NCBI GenBank assembly: GCA_047601445.1
Contig: JASGJH010000001.1
Location: 5,216,001-5,280,000, forward strand
Origin: Myxococcales bacterium
Lineage (GTDB): Bacteria; Myxococcota_A; Polyangia; Polyangiales; DASUME01
Direction: 5' to 3'
DNA length: 64,000 nt
Part shown: positions 60,396 to 64,000 of the stretch, in pieces
How the letters are laid out: each line of letters opens with the position of its first letter
Numbering within the stretch: the stretch's first letter is position 1
Notes under the pieces: model-generated
Told to the model about the DNA's origin: nothing
The model's database searches: none
What the model saw: only the letters and a program-made list of their open reading frames with translations
Made by a program: the position numbers and the translations under genes

Positions 60396-60653
60396 CGAAA
60401 CCCTCTCGCCACGGTGCCGCCTCGTCCGCCGTGAAGGCCGAGACCGGTCGCGTGATGGTGGTCTACGGCAAGCCATCGACGAATTCCAATCACTCAGCCC
60501 CAAAAACCTACCGGTTCGCGCGGGCATGGCGAGCAGGTCGCCCTTGAGGAGCAGGATGGCGAGTGCCCGCGTCGCGGGAGCGAGCTGCGCGCATGGTCCA
60601 TGGGGCAGGCCCTGGCATTTGCACGGCTTCGCCATTCGAGTAACGTCACCAAC

Positions 60654-61598
60654 GTGGACAAGGCGCCTCGTGTTTCCGTCGTTATTCCGACGTTCAACTC
60701 CGCTCGATATCTGGGCCTGACGCTCGACAGCATCCTCGGCCAGACCAATGGTGACCTGGAGGTGGTGCTGTACGACGATGGTTCGTCGGACAACACGCTG
60801 GAAATCTCCGATGCCTACGCCATGCGCGACCCGCGCGTCCGGGTGGTGCGCGGAGCCCACGTCGGCATCGCACAGGCGCGCAACAACGGCTTCGCGGCCA
60901 CCAACCCACGTTCCGAGTTCGTCACGTTCTTCGACCATGATGACGTCTGGGAGAAAGACGCCGTGGAGCTCCTGGTTTCCGCTCTCGAGGCGCATCCGGA
61001 GTGCCCCGCGGCCCATGGCGTGTGCCGCTGCATCGACAGCGACGGTGAGCTCATCCCGGGCGATGACCACGCGGACAACGTGCGTCATCGGTCGGCCGTC
61101 GTGGGCGAGCGGGTGGCGCCCATTCCCCAGTCCGCGCCCACGAGCTTCGGGGCGGTGTTGGTGAAGAACTACATCACGACGCCGGGCACCAGCCTCGTGC
61201 GACGCACGGCGTTTCAACGGGTCGGTGGTTTCGAAGCCTCCACGGTGCCCTGCGATGACTGGGACATGAACCTCCGGATCGCTCGGCTGGGAGACTTCGC
61301 CTTCGTCGACAAGATCTTACTGAACTGGCGTCGCCATGCGGGCGCCACCTCCAACCTGAGCAAGCGGTGGCGCACTGCCTACATGCTCACGCGTAAGCGC
61401 AGTGTACTCGCGCGCGAGAACAGTGCGGAGCAACGTCAGATTGCGCTGTGCGCCTTGCGCGACGAGGTCGTGGGGCTGCAGCGCGAAGCCGTCGGGCAGG
61501 TGCGCAGCGGCTCGCTGAAAACGGCTGCCAAAAAGCTTGCTCGCTCGCTCCTGCTCGGCTCCATCTACGTAAGCGGCTTGGCGCCGCAGCGCGCCTGA
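60654..61598 (+). CDS. GT2 glycosyltransferase
   Basis: VSVVIPTFN, DDGSSD, ARNNG, FDHDD, VGGF, DDWD; start uncertain. Confidence 0.92.
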   Translation: MDKAPRVSVVIPTFNSARYLGLTLDSILGQTNGDLEVVLYDDGSSDNTLEISDAYAMRDPRVRVVRGAHVGIAQARNNGFAATNPRSEFVTFFDHDDVWEKDAVELLVSALEAHPECPAAHGVCRCIDSDGELIPGDDHADNVRHRSAVVGERVAPIPQSAPTSFGAVLVKNYITTPGTSLVRRTAFQRVGGFEASTVPCDDWDMNLRIARLGDFAFVDKILLNWRRHAGATSNLSKRWRTAYMLTRKRSVLARENSAEQRQIALCALRDEVVGLQREAVGQVRSGSLKTAAKKLARSLLLGSIYVSGLAPQRA

Positions 61599-61765
61599 AC
61601 ACGCGACACGCGCGGTGCGCGCAGCGGACGTATGACGATCGCAGACACCCGATCTCGCGTTCAGCGCGGGCTATTTGTGGTTTGTCCCGCGTATCAGGTG
61701 TAACGTCGCGGCTTGCCTGTCCCCTGTGGCCGGCGAGCGAATACCTCGTGTTGGAGTTGAACTGC

Positions 61766-63010
61766 ATGAACAGTATGAAGTCGATGATGTTCGCCCTCGC
61801 GTTCGCGGGGATAAGCGCAGGCGGGTGCGGAGACGATGGCGATTCGCACCATGACGTCGATGCCGGTGATGGCGACGACAACGGCGGCGCCGATGGAGGC
61901 ATGCACGGCGACGGCGACATACAGGCCGGCGATGGTGACGGCAATCCTGCGAATCCAGACGGCGGCGGCGGCGGCGATGGCGATGTGGCCATCGATGGCG
62001 GCGTGTCAGGAGTCGCCACGGGGGTCTGGACCAACGTCACGAACAACCTCAAAGGCATCACGTCGTCGTGCGGCAATGTTTACTACATGGCGGCCAAGCC
62101 CACCGAAGACAAGTTGATCGTCGGGATCGCCAAGCAGGGCTACTACGCGAGCAGCAATGGCGGCATGAGCTGGCAAAAGCTCGGCACCGGCGCGGGCTCC
62201 GCTTCTCTTGGAGGTACGCCGAACCAGATCGTGTTCGATCCGGAGCATGCGGACACGTTCTGGACCGCGAACACCTGGGGAGCGCCCGCTGTGCTTGGGA
62301 CAACCGACGACGGCGTCACATTCAAGAAGATCTTTGACATGTTCGCCGCTGATTCCGTCAGCGTCGATTTCACCGATCCCGCCCGCAAGACTCTCCTCGC
62401 GGGAGCACACGAGATGACGCAAACGGTCTGGCGCTCGACGGACGGCGGCGCCACCTGGAACAACGTAGGCGTCAATCTGCCCGCGGGCTCGAACCACTCG
62501 AGCTATGCCCATGTGGTCGACTCACAGATCCACCTGATGGGCGTGACCGGCTGGGCCGGCGGGCAATCGGGTATTTTCCGCACCGCCGACGGCGGAGCCC
62601 ACTGGGATCACGTCAGCGATGACGGCGGCGGCAGCTTTCCTCTCAAGCACTCCGACGGCTCGATCTACTGGGCGGATCGCGACCAGGGCGGCATGATGCG
62701 AAGCACCGACAAGGGAGCCACCTGGAAGCCGAGCACGGTCAAGAACACCGTCTATCCCATTGCTCCCATCGAATTGCCGGACGGCCGCATCGCCACGCGC
62801 AGCTCCAAGGGCGTCATCGTTTCCGCAGACCACGGCACGTCATGGACCGTGGTGGCGCCCCCTGAGCCGTTCGACGATCCGCACCACATCTTCGCTTTGT
62901 CGTACTCCAAGTATCACAAGGCGTTCTATGTCGCGCAGTGGACCTGTGCCGACGGCCCCATCCCGGACAACGCAGTGGCTGCGTACGGGTGGGACTACGA
63001 AGCGAAGTGA
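61766..63010 (+). CDS. Lipoprotein with GD-rich linker and BNR/Asp-box beta-propeller
   Basis: AGGC lipobox; SSNGGMSW, TTDDGVTF, STDGGATW, TADGGAHW, STDKGATW, SADHGTSW. Confidence 0.85.
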   Translation: MNSMKSMMFALAFAGISAGGCGDDGDSHHDVDAGDGDDNGGADGGMHGDGDIQAGDGDGNPANPDGGGGGDGDVAIDGGVSGVATGVWTNVTNNLKGITSSCGNVYYMAAKPTEDKLIVGIAKQGYYASSNGGMSWQKLGTGAGSASLGGTPNQIVFDPEHADTFWTANTWGAPAVLGTTDDGVTFKKIFDMFAADSVSVDFTDPARKTLLAGAHEMTQTVWRSTDGGATWNNVGVNLPAGSNHSSYAHVVDSQIHLMGVTGWAGGQSGIFRTADGGAHWDHVSDDGGGSFPLKHSDGSIYWADRDQGGMMRSTDKGATWKPSTVKNTVYPIAPIELPDGRIATRSSKGVIVSADHGTSWTVVAPPEPFDDPHHIFALSYSKYHKAFYVAQWTCADGPIPDNAVAAYGWDYEAK

Positions 63011-63017
63011 AAGCAGC

Positions 63018-63049
63018 GCGATTCGTCGCGGATACCCGCGACGAATCGC
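63018..63049. terminator. Perfect 14-bp hairpin between convergent genes
   Basis: GCGATTCGTCGCGG-ATAC-CCGCGACGAATCGC. Confidence 0.65.
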
Positions 63050-63068
63050 TTCCTAGCCCAGCCCGCGC

Positions 63069-64000
63069 TCAACCTCCGAAGGGAGACGATGGAGCTGCCA
63101 CGAGCTGGGCATCGGGACCCGCTCCCTGCAGGGCTCCAAGGAAGGCCGCCAGGTCTGCCTTGTCCTGATCACTGAGCCCGAGCGCATGGAGCTCATTGGT
63201 GCCCGGATAGCCAGCTTGGTCGCCACCGCGATCGAAGAACTTCACGACTTGCTCGAGGGTCGCCAGCTGCGCGGTGTGCATGTAGCTCGGCTGCTCTGCG
63301 ACGCAGCGCAGGGTTGGGGTGCGGAAAGCGCCCTCCAGGTCCTGCCCCACGCTCTGCGGAAGCACACCGCGATCACCATCGCTGAAGGCCCCGCGTGTGT
63401 TGAGCGGATCGGTCAAGGCAGCTGCGATTCCCTCGCCTGCGCCCCGGTCGTCGGTGTCGGTGAAGGCGACCGCAACCGTGGCCGGACGCAGACCGACGTT
63501 GTGGAACTTGCCGTCCGTGAGATTGGGTCCTGAATGGCAGGAGACGCAGCCGCCGCTGCCTGCAAACACGGCCGCGCCGCGTTGCTCGCTGCGTGTGAGC
63601 GCGGCGGTATCGCCGTCTAGCCACATGTCGAACCGGCTGGGCCCACACCTGAGCTGCGACACGTAGGCGGCGAGCGCCTTGGCGACGTTGACGACGACGG
63701 TGGTAACCGCCTTCTGAGCGTCGCTACTCATGCCGTCGTATTCGGCCTTGTCGCCGGGCTTACCGTGACATTTGGCCGTCTCCACTGGACCCGCTTCGCA
63801 ACCAGCCTGCGATGCATCGATAAGCGGGAACTTGGCCGAGTTTCCAAGCTCTGGCATCGGCCCGAACAGGGCCTCGTACTCAGCGCGATGGAGCTTGTAG
63901 ATCTGTTGAGCGATGAACAAGCGCGACGAGTTGAACTCGCTCGTGCTCTCGAAGACTCCGATCGCCTGGTTCCAGATGGCGTCTCGCCGACCATCCCAGT
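63069..64000 (-). CDS. Di-heme cytochrome c peroxidase/MauG family protein (5'-truncated by window edge)
   Basis: Frame open to the edge with WDGRRD; SRFD, CVSCH, TDGKFHNVG, FRTPTLR, YMH. Confidence 0.9.
   Translation of the reverse strand, partial: WDGRRDAIWNQAIGVFESTSEFNSSRLFIAQQIYKLHRAEYEALFGPMPELGNSAKFPLIDASQAGCEAGPVETAKCHGKPGDKAEYDGMSSDAQKAVTTVVVNVAKALAAYVSQLRCGPSRFDMWLDGDTAALTRSEQRGAAVFAGSGGCVSCHSGPNLTDGKFHNVGLRPATVAVAFTDTDDRGAGEGIAAALTDPLNTRGAFSDGDRGVLPQSVGQDLEGAFRTPTLRCVAEQPSYMHTAQLATLEQVVKFFDRGGDQAGYPGTNELHALGLSDQDKADLAAFLGALQGAGPDAQLVAAPSSPFGG

Overview
High-GC chromosomal window that looks myxobacterial (Myxococcota, Polyangiales-like; inferred from TPR-PEGA proteins, Cys-rich and GD-repeat lipoproteins, a Hanks-type kinase and a sigma-32-like factor). 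All family calls come from motifs read by eye, not database searches. 1-18 kb: surface-protein locus with three PEGA proteins. Two of them are translationally coupled (GTGA overlap) to large Cys-rich lipoproteins that share a ~91% identical C-terminal domain in inverted orientation, and one of these is a Notch-like Ca-binding EGF array. A Ser/Thr kinase and an orphan T6SS tssK lie next to them. 18-44 kb: stress and housekeeping genes, including USPs, a sigma-32-like factor and a CBS-hemerythrin fusion behind sigma-54-type promoters, SulP plus beta-carbonic anhydrase, LysR/DoxX, cstA, a hybrid kinase, glyQS, cysS, ArsR-DHFR-SRPBCC and tag. 44-63 kb: Wzx/Wzy polysaccharide cluster with four acyltransferases and a GT2-GtrA fusion plus GT87 modification module, followed by a partial di-heme peroxidase. 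Two genes carry +1 frameshifts, both explainable as GATC becoming GAWTC. A structured ~87-bp REP-like repeat occurs at three loci. I found no rRNA, tRNA, CRISPR array, integrase or transposase.
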